64,000 bases of DNA, taken from assembly GCA_012295275.1 (NCBI GenBank), contig CM022667.1:1922001-1986000 (forward strand), written 5' to 3'. Each line of letters opens with the position of its first letter. The stretch's first letter is position 1. This stretch comes from Chrysomallon squamiferum (taxonomy: Eukaryota; Animalia; Mollusca). A model generated the notes under the pieces. That model had not been told where the DNA came from. It saw only the letters and a list, made by a program, of their open reading frames with translations, and searched no databases. Made by a program: the position numbers and the translations under genes. Positions 1 through 15,979 of this stretch are shown piece by piece.

Positions 1-1363
1 TTTATGCCTTATTTAAGGCCATGCTGTAACATATTCAAATCATTTCAATACAAACACACGCACACACAAACACACGCATTCATACTCAGAAGAGAGACAG
101 AAATAGACTAACACAGAATAGACACACACACACACACACACACACACACAAGCACACATCTATCTATCTGACTGTCTTTTTATCTGTTTTTTTTTTCTGT
201 TTTTTTCTCTTTTTCATTCTTAAAAGTTGTTACAGCATTTCTAAATGTTTATTCAGGAGATCTTTCAGTCTAATGCATCGCTGATTGACAACAGATACTT
301 TTTTTCAGATAACGCAGAATAAACCCGTGTCGATATTTTTTATTGGAATCGTTCATACACGTCTTTATCTTTCCATCTTTCGGTTCTTGAGCGGATTAAC
401 TTAATACCCATTTGTAAATCGATACATTTCATTTAATCCTGCAAACACGACGAAGTCTTTGGAGTCCCTAGGAACTTTTTTTTTTTTGGGGGGGGGGGAG
501 AAATAGCGAGTTGGGGATATTATTTTTTTTGTGTGGTTAAAACCAGGGAAAATGTGTTGATTTTGGAGAAACATAGACTCTTGTTGGTTTTTCTCTTAAG
601 GCAACAGACTGACACGGAGCCAAAGTGTTTGCGGAGGACTCGAGCAGAATGTCCGAGTGAATGGAAACGGGTTGATCGATGAAAAAAAAAATCCCCCATC
701 ACTGTTTTTCCCGTTCTCGACATCGTCTGATCACACACAGCCTATGGTGGTCGGACAGTTTAATAACAACGCCGATGATGATCTCCAATTCCCAGACTGA
801 TTTGAGAATTCACTGCTCGCTAATGAAAACTTGATTACGTCCTTTGAAGAACTCAATGAAAACACGTTGGGTTTAGCGACAGCTGAGTGTATCTTGTGTT
901 AACAGTTAATGTGTGGTCGAGACTCGAGGTTTATCTTTTCTGGTGCTCATTTCAGAAGAGAGGAAATTCCTAGTCCTTTCTTCATTGCCTATTCTATCTT
1001 TTTTCATTTATTTTTTTTGTTGTTAGCAGAATTTTTTTTTTTTTGATATGCACCGTCCCATACACAGTAAACTTCAAATTCTAATGATGGAATAGAAAAT
1101 TCGTTATTTATTTATTTATTTATTTATCATACTATGTGTTAAATGTGCCTTGAAATGACTTTTAATTTTTCACTTTTACATTTTATTATTATTACTATTT
1201 TATTGTTTTCATTATTATTTTTTTAGGCTGTTCCTTCCATACTGACGATTGAATTTATTTATTTATTTACTTGTCTATTTATTATTTCGCTGACAAAAAC
1301 GTAATGCAGCCAACAGAAATAAAATTTAGGCACTTATTTTCTATTTTCTCTTTTGAGGATGGC

Positions 1364-1411
<48 letters not shown>

Positions 1412-1736
1412 TAATTTTCTATTTACCTGTTTTTATAAAATAAAATTAAAAAGTATAGAACCAAACTGCATTTAACTCATCTAGATTAATACATTTCTAA
1501 AACCTTTCTTTCTTGAAGCGGTAGAAATGTTTTGATACCTGTACTTGTATAAAAAGTTATAGTAATAATTAAGCTATAAGATTTTTTTCTTCTTTGTAAG
1601 TCTTCTATAGGATTCATATGAAAGAGCTGTAAGAAAAAAAAAAACCACAAGGAAGACATTTTAACTGTTAAAAACCCTTGGTGATACGAAGACATAGTCT
1701 AAATATAGACTGCATAAATTCAAATTATATACCGGA

Positions 1737-1779
<43 letters not shown>

Positions 1780-2384
1780 TACTACTATTATTATTCATCC
1801 AAATTTAATTAATAACGAAATATAACAAGAACAGTGCATTTTAATAAAATCAGGTAGCCACGGTTTATTTTTAGACATGACGTCATCATCAACCTTTCTG
1901 ACAAATTTGCTCTATAAGAGTCTTGTATTATTATCAGAAAAATACAGCGATCAGTCTCACACATATGTGATGACATCACATCGTCTTTCTAAAGTTTTAA
2001 AACAATATAATTTTACTGTTACCCTTTGTCATCAGTGACAAGAAACTGCAGAACAATAAAATAGTAACTTGCAGGTAAAACAGAATTTTATGAAACTGTT
2101 TACTAGTACCGCGTGAAGTACTCTTTAAACTCTGGAAAGACTCAGAATGTTTCCAGTGCTTTTCTTGTCCTGCTTGTTTATTAACCGCACACATCCTTTC
2201 CTAACAACATTAAACTGTTACCCTTTAGGAAAATCAGATCTGGTGAAGAAAATGAACGCGATAGGCCAAACTACCATGTTTCATGAACTTAGAGCGAGAG
2301 ATTAGAATGCACAATTTTAATGTTACTTAGATAATGGATTAGATTATGGTGGTTTTTTATGTGGGTTTTTTTTTTTTTGAGTTT

Positions 2385-2430
<46 letters not shown>

Positions 2431-2654
2431 CACTCTGGTCTTTAGGTTTTTATTATATTTGATGGTAGAGTGCAAAGAATATAATTATCTTTTTCTTTAA
2501 TGTAAATAGCAGCAGCAACAGCAAATAACCATATCTTTAATAATAATATATACTTGTCAGAGTAATAAGAAAAGGACTCTTCTTGATTTCAGTAAACAGA
2601 AAATAATTTTTAGAAAATCTTCTTCTAAGATGACCTTTCGACTATATCAAAAAT

Positions 2655-3380
2655 ATATCTTAAATATAGCTGTATGTTAAATACACCTGTATATTAAATA
2701 TAACAGTTTTTCAAATATAACTGTATTATAAATATAGCTGAATCTTAAAAATAACTGTATCTTAAAAGTAAAAGTGATTGTATCTTATATATAACTGTAT
2801 CTTAAATATAACTGTACCTTAAATGTTACTGTACCTTAAAAACAACCGTATTTTAACTATAACTATATAATAAACTGTAACAAATGTAAGGTATCATAAA
2901 TATAACTTTATCTTAAATGTGACTGTATCTTTAAAGTAAATGTATCTTAAACATGACCGTTTCTTATATGTAATTGTATCGTAAATATAATTACCTGTAT
3001 CTTAAGCATAGCTGTACCTGAAATGTAACTGCATGTCAAATATAACTATCATAAATGTAACTATCTTAAATATAGATGTAACAGTAAATTAATTGTAAAA
3101 TATATAATTTTATCTTAAATGTAACTATATCTTAAATATATAATTGTATGTTAAATAGTTATTTTAATGTAACTATCATAAATATAACTGTATCTTTAAT
3201 GTGACTATCTAAAATGTATCAGTATTTTAAACATAACTGTATACTTGAATGTATCTTAAATACTGCTATATCATAACAAAAAATAACAAAATGTATTTTT
3301 AATGTAATTTTATCCTAAATGTAACAATCGGAACTGTAACTATATCTTAAATGTAACTGTGTCTTAACTATAACTACATA
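2655..3380. repeat. Degenerate ~17-bp AT-rich minisatellite (tatcttaaatataactg)
   Basis: Dozens of diverged units visible. Confidence 0.85.
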
Positions 3381-3724
3381 ATATATTAAAATATATATAC
3401 TTCTTCAAAAAGTATTGTGCCATTCAGTTTATGTTCATTATTCGTTTGTTATTAAAAATGAAACAAAATACTTTGCTATTTCCATCTCTCTCACTGTCAG
3501 CTGAAACCGCAGCAGTTTGTTACCAGTTTATTGTCGTGTTCGTGATCTGATAATTGTCATCTGATCTGTGGAACAAGAAAACAGAGACTTTTGTATCGCG
3601 GCTGTTTTCTTCATTTCAGACTCTCAAGGTCCCAGTGATCAATCAGATCTTTGAATCCAGGATGTGCCTCTGATGTGGAGAAAGACCATTTAATTTAAAG
3701 TGCAGTTCTCTGAATTGGTTTTCT

Positions 3725-3823
<99 letters not shown>

Positions 3824-3961
3824 TACATATATATACATACATACGTATCTATATATACATATATGTGTATATATATATATATATAAACACACATACATAA
3901 TACATACGTATATATAAATGTATATATATATATATATATATAAACACATACATACATACAT

Positions 3962-3993
<32 letters not shown>

Positions 3994-6004
3994 TACATAC
4001 ATACATACATACATACGTATATATAGATATATACACGGACACGTGTGGGTGAGTATGTATAAATGTATTTTGTGTGTCTGTACGAGTGTGCGTTCCGTTC
4101 TAATAACAATACTAATGAGTAATCTACATTTCGATTTTTAAACTAATAAATATTATTATAATTATAATTTTATCACTGTACCCGCTTCACGTACACGCAC
4201 AATTAAACAGACCAACGACAAAGAGACAAAATGAATAATAACAAACGGGACAAAGACGACAGAAAATCCCTTTTCTATCTTTTTTTTCTCTTCCTCCTCA
4301 AACTTTCATTCAAAACTTCGACGAAACGACCTTCACCTCCCACAGGCGAACCGGCGAAATCAGAACTCAGCATCAAATTAAAGGGCATGGGATCTTTTTT
4401 TTTTTTTTTTTTTTTCTCTCTCTCAATTCCCCTGTATGTTAAGTATCTATCGAGAAGTAATGAAACTGTACAAGACTGGCGCTCTCAAGAACCGCATCGA
4501 GCCCGAACACCAACGGTCGTTGTTGTCTAGGTGCTAAATCGACGAAACTGCCTGGCAAGAAGATTGCTTTTAAGTACGTTGTCAAGTCGATCTTATTGGA
4601 CTCGAGAATATGTTGGTGCGCGAGAGAGAGAGAGAGGTGCAACCTGGAGGTCCTCTCTGGCGGCAGACGAACTTTCTCAAATACTGCACTTAAAGGTGTT
4701 TTGTTCGGAACAGTTTTGCTACCGTCTACCACCAGGTTTAACGAGAGTATCGCAAGCTTCTGGGAATGAACCGTTCTTGGAAGTGAAAATAATTTATGGT
4801 GCTGGATAAAGAGGGTTACTGCTTACCGCATCGTGAGCGAGAGAGATCGATAGGTTGTGAAATCGTTGTAAGAGTTTATGTAGCAGTGATGTCTGGGTGT
4901 TTGTAAAATAAGGTTCGATTTTTTTTTTTTTTTAAGAAAATAAAATTAAAATAAACAAACAAAACAAACAACAAGAGCAACATAAGGTGTCCTGTTGAAT
5001 TACGATGTTGTATAATGAGTGATGGTTGTGGTTTGAAATAAATAAGTAAATAAATAAATAAATAAATAAATAAACGAATGAATGAATGAATGAATGAATT
5101 AGTTAATGATATATAACGTTTATGTCAACAACAACAAAGAAACGAAATAAAAAAAAAAAAAAATAAAAAAAAACAAAATCAAACAAACTACAACAGCAAT
5201 AATAATAATAATAATAATAATAATAAGAAGAAGAAGAAGAAGAAGAAGAAAAGAAGAAGAAGAAGAAGAATAAAAACAATAACAATGAGATTATGATGAT
5301 GACAAGGATAAATCAATTTAAAAAAAAATAAACTGCTTTTCTCTTACTGACAGCTCATCTTGTCCAGTTCTTAGACCTCAGATACAAATTAAATCATCGA
5401 CGTCAGATTCGGGATGTTTATGAAATTCTGCTAGATATTTTATAACTATGTAAAAATCGGACACTGATCAGTTTTTCTAGTTCTCTTGTCTTTTATTGCT
5501 AGGAAGTAGTTAATATTTTCTTTCGGTTTTCTTAAAATGCAATCCATTCATTCACCACCAACAGCGGAGGATTATGAAGGGTATTTGAAGTAACATCATA
5601 TTCGTTTATCGATCGTGTTCTCTCTAGCACGAGGGTGATTCAAATAAATAACGTTTACTCAACAACAACAAACAAAAAACACACAATTTGTAAAATCCTC
5701 TCTGTAAATTGATAAATTATTGCTCTATTGGTTAATAGTGCATGATGTATTCTTAAACATACCGACACCAAAAATGATGTGTATTGATAACTTGACAAAA
5801 TGGTTTCACTGATGCTGTGTGTAAGAAGATGTATTTGTGTTCCAGTGACTCTATGCTGGGATCTCATTACTTTATGTTGATGTTTAACATAAAACATAGT
5901 CATTTATAAATACAAATGAATCACATCAGTATATTACGGTTGATTCAATATATATGTATGTGTGTATATATATGTATGTATATATATATATATATATATA
6001 TATA

Positions 6005-6800
6005 ACTGAATCACACGTAATATGATGACCTTTCATAAACTCATTTTATTTACTTTAGTTCTTTGTATTGAATCACACGTAATATGATGACCTTTCATAA
6101 ACTCATGTGATTTATTTTAGTTTTGCTGAATCACTAATAATTCAGTGACCTTTCATAAAATCATTTATTTCAGTACGAAACACACGCAATATGAAGACAA
6201 TTCTTTAACTCATATTATTTCAGTTCATTATATTGAGTCATACTAATATGACCATCTTCCCTAAACTCATTTTATTATTTATTTCAGTTTGTTATACTGA
6301 ATCATATTTAATATGATCAACTTTGTTAAAATCATTTTACTTTTTTTTTAAATTTTAAGTCGTTACATTGAATCACATATAATGAATTATCTTTTACAAA
6401 CTCATGCTATTTATTTCAGTTATACCGAATCACACGTAATAATGATGATTTTTTTTTCATAAACTTACATTTGTAATTTTGGTTCGCTATACTGAATTAT
6501 ACGTAATATAATGACCTTTCATACACTCACCATACTTGTTATTTCAGTTTATTATATTGAATCACACGTAATATGATGACCTTTCATAAACTCATTTATT
6601 TCAGTATGAAACACACGCAATATGAAGACAGTTCTTTAACTCATATTATTTCAGTTTATTATATTGAGTCACACGTAATATGATGACCTTTCGTAAACTC
6701 ACGTTACTTGTTATTTCAGTTTGTTATATTGAATCACACGTAACATAATGACCTTTCATAAACTCACGTTACTCGTTATTTCAGTTCGTTATATTGATCT
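6005..6800. repeat. ~60-bp minisatellite (gaatcacacgtaatatgatgacctttcataaactca...)
   Basis: About a dozen diverged tandem units. Confidence 0.9.
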
Positions 6801-7543
6801 GTGTGTGTTCCAGTTTTCATTCACGTTGTAATCACGTTTACGTACTCTAACACACGTATTCATTGCATAACAATAATCACGACATTTTCTTTTACGCTTC
6901 TCCTGTTGATATTTCTCAGCTCATTTCGTCCGTACTTCTTTTTTTAATAAAGGTGTCTTCACACATCATTTCAATTGCTAATGGTCACTTTTACGCGCGC
7001 TGGCGCGATTGTTGAAGTCCACGAGGAATTGAAGATAGCAGAGGAGGAATCAGATTAGGTGGCCGAGACAAGATTTAACGTATATGAAAATAACCAATTT
7101 CCGACGTAATCTCGGACACGTCTGACAAAGGGGAGAATCACGGACGTCTATTTTCAACACGTGATCAGTTTTTTGTTGTTCTCGTGGGCATTATTTCCCC
7201 GTCGCGAGTCGAAGTTATGGCAGGTACTTGAGAGCGAGAAATGGTCGCACGCTATTTTAGATGATTACAGATTGAAGGGAAAGGGATTGAACAGAGTTGA
7301 TTTAGTGGCGAAATTTGGAAAGCGGTTTAATTCTCGAATGCATTAAAAAAAAAAAAAAAAAAAAAACAGTTCGTGGAAGTTCTCTTTTAACTGTCAATAT
7401 GTTTGTTCACCGGTCCAAAATTCAGCTTCAAAATGACGTCTGTGAAGATGCTGGTTTTAGATTATCACTGAATATTGCCTTTAATGTTGATGGTAATAAT
7501 GAAAAAAATATATATTTAAAAAAAAAAAAAATTTAGATAATAA

Positions 7544-7680
<137 letters not shown>

Positions 7681-8299
7681 AAATATTAATAAATAAATAA
7701 ATAAATAAACAAATAAATCAATAAATAAATGATTTTTTTTGTCTCAGTTATAACTAAGATTTTTAATAAAATTCGGACCGACGAAATGCAATCAGAATGT
7801 AAATGTCTTCATCAGAAGTTGTGTATGTGTTCGTTGTACTTTGAATTCAGACCAGCAAGACGCTGTACAAAGAAACAGCCGCTGTGACTTTGATGTTAAG
7901 TGATTGCTTGGAGACTTAGCGCTGGGACACGGAAAACGTTGGCGACAGTTTTAAGTAATGACATTTGTCATCTTGCCATTTAATTGCGCTTTTGGTTTCG
8001 CTCAGAGGAATGAGTCTTGAAGTCGCGGAGAATCGTATTTTGTACTCAGAGCTGCAACACGTAAAGAAAGTTGATTTATACTGGGAGGTTTTTGGTGTGT
8101 TACGCTAATTTATCAGTTGATTTCGTACCAGATGGAGAATTGTGTAATGCGCTATATCGTTCGGAAATACAAGTTAAAAACAAGGAAACGCTGGTGAAAT
8201 CCAATATATTAAGCTGCGAAGAAAATAAGTATCGTGTCCCTAATGAAATCAGTCAATTATTTCGATCTTGATTATAGGAGAGAAAAAGAAAACAGTGAG

Positions 8300-8600
8300 A
8301 TAATTGTGAAATTTGGAGAAATCATTGTGTCTTTTTGCGAAATGACGTGAAATTCATCAAATTATTACGTACCAAAAGAAACATTGTATCTTTTGTGAAA
8401 TTCGTGAAATTATTACACAACAAACCAAAAAATTGTGTCTTTCGTGAAATGACGTAAAATTCGTCAAATTATTACGTAACAACGAAAACATTGTGTGACT
8501 GTTATGAAATAACGTGACATCAACACATCACAACGTTAAAAAAAACAGAAAAACACTGTGTCTTTCGTGAAATAACGTGAATTCATCAGATTATTGCCCA
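8300..8600. repeat. Short degenerate tandem array (ttgtgtctttcgtgaaatgacgtgaaattcatcaaattatt...)
   Basis: About five diverged units. Confidence 0.7.
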
Positions 8601-8971
8601 CGACAACAAACCAACCACTGCATCTGTCGCGAAATAAAATTAAATTCGATCATTTTACGCATGACTTTCCAAGCAAAGGTTATCGGAATGGCGAAATGCT
8701 GAGAACTTTTCAAATAATTTTGACACCACTCAAAGGGAATACGGAGATGTTTACCAACGTGCTGTTTCTCTCTATCCTCGAAGTATTCTCTTGCCAGTTG
8801 TAAGTCCCAGCACGCCGTACGATAAACCATTTTAATAACTCATAGCTGGTATGATTTTATACACCGTACCAACACGCCACAGTCATAACAATGCTTTTAG
8901 TACATCAGTACTTAAATGCCGACAGAAAACATTTTCATTTCTCGCTTTAACAAAACTATAATTTTATAGAA

Positions 8972-9012
<41 letters not shown>

Positions 9013-10817
9013 TAACATTATTTCGACGCAGATGATTTGATTATCAGAAAGACACTTTAGAATGCGAAAAAATCAAAGCTGTTTTATGGAAGATACGGAA
9101 GTAATGAAATTCTGATCATAGCGTGAAATGTGTGGGACTGTTTTAAACCATTCAGGGCTAATGTTGTAAAGTTAGATAAAAAAAGATGCTTAATGTTCAT
9201 AAACTTGACAAATAGAATTTGATTCAGCGTTAGAATGGCGCAGTTGGTTAGTTTCTTTTCGTTTTTTTTTTTTTGTTTTGCCAGTGTTTATAATGCGATG
9301 ATTTTTGCATTAACAGTAGTAAGGATAAGAATGCATCTGAGTTTCAGAAACCATGTTCAGTTTGAACTGTTCTGAACTAATGTGAGTAGTGCTGTAACGT
9401 TGTAAAGTATATCATCCATATACTGTGTTAAAGTGTGAGGAAATATTTATGTACTCCTTACAAACCAATTCAGAAGGTTTTCAGGGTTTAAAAAAGTTTA
9501 AGGGTTTTTTTTTTGAAATTCACTTGGCTTGTTTGACTTTCGTAAGATTTTTTAAATTTGGAATGTTTTATATTATCATGAACTGATGACGTAATGTTAT
9601 AAAACATTTCCATGGATCTTGAAGTTAGAACATTTATATCTGTATATGTGTATATACGGTTTGTATTGGTGCAAAATATTCAGTTTAACCATACCAAGGA
9701 CTGTATTGTGTATGAAAGTATTCAAATTCAGGAGCTATTCATTGGTTTTCAGTACTAAATTTAACTCGTAACTGCTAAATATGATATTTAATACTGGTGC
9801 GTTTTAATACAAAATATGTTTTATTAGTGTTTGTCTAGGACAATGTATTAGATATAAAATTCAACTGATAACTGGATTTCCAGTATTTGAAACACGAAGA
9901 GTCTCCTATTAACAATTCCTAAAGACTAGACTGCGTTTGAAAACATTCAAATTAATGAAATCAAGGATTAAATTCTGTTAATCTTTTCCAGTCTATTAAT
10001 TTAAACAGAGATAATCAACTTTCTGTAACACGACGAAGGAAAAAAAAAAAAAAAAATAAAACTGGAACGTGCAAGACGGTGAACGGAATTCTCCCAAATA
10101 TTTTATCAGTGATTTCCAATTCGGCGAAAACGTGCTCGGCTCTTTTATTTACACTCTTAGAAATTCAATTTATTTATAGACCATTTTAACTTCACAATAG
10201 GACCTCGTTCAGGATATACGCCAAGCATATGGTCATCACCTCTTTGAAACGATCGATTTGTTCCGTTCTCTTCTGAATTCCTGATAGTGCACCACTTTTT
10301 CTTTTTCTTTTTCTTTTCTCGTTTTTAATAAAAATGACAGTATTTTACGTCATAGACCATTTTCAGTAACAAAGAGGTGGCACGATCGAGTGATTGGAGC
10401 ACAGGAAAATCTCGTTGATTAACTGACAAACCCATATATCCGTGTCTGGCAAAAACTGAATAAAATTATGACGGCGTAACAGGATTACGTTAACAACGCG
10501 TTTAGACAGAAAAGTACTGGAGCAGTTGGAGGACATCTCTGAAAAACGTAATTATGACCAGAGCAAATTTAGACCACGGGTCGTGCATTGAAGAGCTACA
10601 GCTTTGAGATATAAAAGGCTGCGTTTCTGATATTTAATCAGCAGATATTTGATTCTGTTCTCTGACGCCGTGTTAACTTGGATATCAGAAAACCACACGT
10701 AAAAAATGACGACACTGAAAGAGACCGCTTTGCGAGTTCAAGCGAAAATTAGAGGTATTTGTTTTGTCTGTACAGTTCTTTATATTTACCATGTAATTAC
10801 TGGCTCTTTTTTTCATT

Positions 10818-10912
<95 letters not shown>

Positions 10913-11082
10913 ACTCTGTCTTTGTCATATAAATACTTTTTTCATTCATTTTCTTTCTCTTTGACTCTGTATATCTGTCTCTCTGTTTGTCTCTCTACGT
11001 GTGTAAACCTGATATGACAACCACTGGCATTGTTTTGAGATAAACAACAAAACAAAATGTGGCAAGACGCCTAGGACGTTTT

Positions 11083-11120
<38 letters not shown>

Positions 11121-11181
11121 ATTTCATAGAACCAATAACTGTGATTTATATCGTGCTTTAACAAAAATGAAAATAAGTTTA

Positions 11182-11264
<83 letters not shown>

Positions 11265-11571
11265 CTATCTATCTATCTGTCTGTCTGTCTATCTATCTCT
11301 ATCTATCTATCTATCTGTCTATCTATCTATCTATCTACCCACTTACCTAATTACCTAAATTCCTGTCTGTGTGTTTGTCTGTCTATGTAACTACCTACGT
11401 ACCTACTTATCCGTCTATCTATCTATGCATCCATCTTTCTGTCTATTTAGTCTATTTATCCACATATCTGTCTATTTATCTACCTACAGATCCACTCATT
11501 CGTCCCTATTGTTAAGAAACAATTCTTATTTTATTTCATCGTAAATTTCAATTTTTTTCACTTCGAGGAAA

Positions 11572-11681
<110 letters not shown>

Positions 11682-12026
11682 TAAAGAGATTAAAAATAAA
11701 ATAAAATAAAACTTTTTTAAATTTATTTTTACATGAAACATTTAATTTAGATCCAGTATAACATCTTTATCATGGCCGTTGCTAAGGAAGTGTAGACGAA
11801 TGATTTAGATTTGGCAGCGATTGTTTTAACTGCTATTTCCTGAACGGCAAATAAAACACAAATGCAGACCTCGCAGTTCTGACCATTATAAGTCATGTGT
11901 TTTTTATGTTTCACATTAAAATTCTGATTATAATTTATCTGACAAAAAAGAGTTGCAGTTAGCGTAAGTATAACGTCGTATAAACAAAGATTTAAAAAAA
12001 AGTGTATTTATTATATAAATTGGAAT

Positions 12027-12118
<92 letters not shown>

Positions 12119-12633
12119 ATTTAATCAGTCCATTTTATCTCTGTGTGCATGATTCTACCAGATCAAACACAAATAACTGTTAAATCAACTTACTAATGAT
12201 CCTTACACTTTATTATGTTTTCTACGTAACATTGCCGACTTCACATTTACATTAAAAATCAAAGCATTTATAATTTATTGCGTTTTGAGACATTATCCCG
12301 GACTTGAAATTATATTTTGACATATTTATTATCGCGGACTTGAAATTTGTTTTTAAAATCAAAATTATTACTTCTTTTTTTTTGGTGTTTTAAGACATTT
12401 TCGCTGTCTTCAGATCTTATTTATGTTTTAACGTATTATCACGAAATTCCCATTTACATTGAAATGATACTATTTCGATGTTTATGATGTTTTGACAGAA
12501 GATTCCAGAATATTTCAAATTTACATTAAAATCAGATTTTGTGTATTTTTATTAGGGTTTTGATATTTGGCTGTGAAAAAAATCTGACTGTAAAATCTGC
12601 GACACAATTATTAACGGTTTAGCATTATTATTA

Positions 12634-12671
<38 letters not shown>

Positions 12672-12803
12672 GATGATGATGATGATGAAGATGACGACGA
12701 CGATAATGATGTAAAGTATTACTACTACTACTACTACTTCTATTATTAATATTAATAATATTATTATTACTATTATTATTACTACTGCTGCTATTACTAC
12801 TAC

Positions 12804-12839
<36 letters not shown>

Positions 12840-14400
12840 TGCTGCTATTACTACTACTACTACTATTATTATTATTACTACTACTGCTACTACTACTACT
12901 ACTACTACTACTACTATTTTTACTACTGCTACTACTACTACTACTACTACTACTACTCCTATTATTATTATTATTATCTTTATTATTTCCGGAAAGAAGA
13001 TGTTAAACTACTTTAGAATTAGAAATCTGTCGATTTGTCACTGAACCGTCAAATTGAGTTGTTGGTGAAGAAAACCCTTTCTGTCAGTATTTGACAATGT
13101 TGTTCATTTTTAACCAGTTTACGTCGGTTTGGATGGGGATATTTTTAAAGAGAGAAAGTTAAAACAAGTTGTTTGAGACAAAGGTCGGCGTGATAAACTG
13201 GCTCATTTTCATGTATCTGCTTTTAATTTGTTACAGACACCAGTTTTAATCATTCATTCTTTCTTTCTTTTTTTTTTTTTTTTTTTTCTTAAACGATTTT
13301 CTTTAAAATGGAATCCATTTCTAACTAAAAATTATTGCTGGGGTCGTCTTTTTTCTCTTAGACAGTCAATGCAATATCCTTGTTTTTGTTGTTTTTGTTA
13401 ATTTCTTTGTTTGTTTGTGTTTTTTTTTTATTTATTTATCATAGTTTTGTATCGTGCATATACAAAAACACACCTTGTGGAAATCAAAATTTATCTTTCA
13501 TCATGATCTAAATATGTGCTGTCTTCCTTGCACATGATTTTATTATTTTATTAGTCTCTAACCTTTGCTCATTATAAAGTCTGATACGAAAAGTGCCAGT
13601 AACAAAAACACGTGTACAAACACAACAAGCTTATACAGATGTACAGACAACCCTCGATTTAACGGACTAACCAACAGAAATTGTTCCAGATTATGCTGAA
13701 ACCCGTTAACAGAAAAGAAATTTTGAAATGATAATATCGTAATACTACGACACACTAATTTTAAAAACTTCAGTACAGTAATACAAAATATTTATTTTTA
13801 TAAATCGATCGATTGCGATCAGTAATTGAACACACTGATGAGGGAGGAACGTCAGATGACGTATACTAACACAGTGTGACGTATCAGTCCCCTGCACCAG
13901 CTCCTTGCGTGACATGTCGAGCACGGCGCGCGTTTTTCAAGTCTGCCGCTGACCCAGGGGAATTCCAGCGCCAGATTCGTATCTAGAGGAATCAGTGGCG
14001 CCCGTAGACACACGCACACTGCACGCAAGTGCGTCAAGTAAACCTTATAATCTTGTATTGTGTTGTGTGTTATGTGTGTGTGTGTCTGTTAAACTGAACC
14101 TTTACAAAACTAGAAGACATCTGTTACTTTTTAAAGGCAAATGCTTTTCGAAATATTTATTTCAGTCGACTACAGGTTTTAGTTTATGTGTGTGCGTGTG
14201 AGTGTGTGTATATATTTTGCTTCACCTATAAACATAATTACAAAAATTTATCAGCGGTCTGAATCTATTTTATTTGTAGAAAAGATGCTCAGATTTATTA
14301 TAATACATATTTACCGGGTAATGACGCTGATAAAATAAATAAATAAACGAATAACAAGAACAATAACAAACATTTATTCATATAAATTTTAAAAAAAAGA

Positions 14401-14472
14401 AGGTTCCACCGGGATTTGAACTCGGATCGCTGGATTCAAAGTCCAGAGTGCTAACCATTACACCATGGAACC
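14401..14472 (-). tRNA. tRNA-Gln (TTG)
   Basis: Reverse complement GGTTCCATGGTGTAATGGTTAGCACTCTGGACTTTGAATCCAGCGATCCGAGTTCAAATCCCGGTGGAACCT; cloverleaf with A and B boxes; one A.C mismatch in the T stem. Confidence 0.92.
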
Positions 14473-14705
14473 GATGTTAGTAATGTCATCTATACAACGA
14501 GACATCCGTACATAATGATGAGAGTGAGTAGGAGATTCATTCTGGATCTGTACTTTAACACGAATAATAAACAGAATAATTAAAACAAATTTTAAATTAT
14601 TTTGTTATATAACCCATCGTCAAGACGAATCTGTTAATTTTTATCAGGGTGAACTGATGACCTCAACAATAGAATGACGTCAAAGTGTTCTTAATGAAAT
14701 GAAAG

Positions 14706-14738
<33 letters not shown>

Positions 14739-14969
14739 AGAGAGAGACAATTATTTCTGTATTTATTTATTTATTTATTTTTATTTTAAAAATTATTATT
14801 TTTTTTGATTTTTTTGATTTTCATTTGGAAGTACGGTTTTCTAAATGTATATCATTCATGGTGAGTAACTGTTACCATTAATTTACTCGACCCTGCAGTT
14901 ATTAACTGATTGAAATCATCTTTAATTTGATTGCATGATTTCTAACAAAATAATAACAATAAATGATCT

Positions 14970-15041
14970 AGGTTCTACCGAGACTTGAACTCGGATCGCT
15001 GGATTCAGAGTCCAAAGTGCTAACCATTACACCATAGAACC
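14970..15041 (-). tRNA. tRNA-Gln (CTG)
   Basis: Reverse complement GGTTCTATGGTGTAATGGTTAGCACTTTGGACTCTGAATCCAGCGATCCGAGTTCAAGTCTCGGTAGAACCT. Confidence 0.96.
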
Positions 15042-15044
15042 GAT

Positions 15045-15270
15045 ATGTTAACACTTTAATAATGTTACTCTCATCTCTACGTTAAATTAGTGTGATATTT
15101 TAACACTTTAATAATGTTATTCTCATCTCTACGTTAAATTAGTGTGGTATTATTTTAACACTTTAACAATGTTATTCTCATCTCTACGTTAAATTAGTGT
15201 GATATTATTTTAACACTTTAACAATGTTATTCTCATCTCTACGTTAAATTAATGTGACATTATTTTAACA
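15045..15270. repeat. 55-bp tandem repeat in the tRNA-Gln 5' flank
   Basis: tattttaacactttaataatgttattctcatctctacgttaaattagtgtgatat x ~4; same unit as 45203-45860. Confidence 0.9.
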
Positions 15271-15411
15271 GATTTTTTTCTGATTCAAAACCCCTGATTC
15301 AAAACCCCTTCAAAAAAACACTGACAATGATAAAGATAATTATAATAATCATGATTATGACAAACAACGACGACGAAAATAATATCCAAAATAAAACACT
15401 TACAATAAATT

Positions 15412-15483
15412 AGGTTCTACCGAGACTTGAACTCGGATCGCTGGATTCAGAGTCCAAAGTGCTAACCATTACACCATAGAACC
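15412..15483 (-). tRNA. tRNA-Gln (CTG)
   Basis: Identical to the 14970-15041 copy. Confidence 0.96.
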
Positions 15484-15935
15484 GATATCTTAGCAATTCT
15501 GATAATTACTATTGTTCATTAGCGTCCAAAGAATATGAGAAAACAAATTTGTTTAATAACATATCGATATTTTTCCAATTTTTTAGATACAGTATGTAAC
15601 AGAAATTATAACTATGACAAAGGGACCCGTTCCATTTTGATTTAGATTTAATTTTAGATTTTACATATGGTTTCTATAAGTCAGGATAGGGTATAAAAAA
15701 TATTAGTAGAATGTCAGTTGCAGTTGGAAGTAGTAAAATGCTACATAGAAAGAATGACTGAGATATGTGTAAACTGTGTACGTGAAATAGTGTGTAATAA
15801 CAATAAATTTACATTAAAAATTGTTTCCTTACAAATCATTGATTTCCATTAACTCTGAAATCGGAACAGTAAGCTTAATACCAGCTGATACTGATAGTGA
15901 TGTTGTCGTTGTGACCACCACCACCACCACACCAG

Positions 15936-15979
<44 letters not shown>

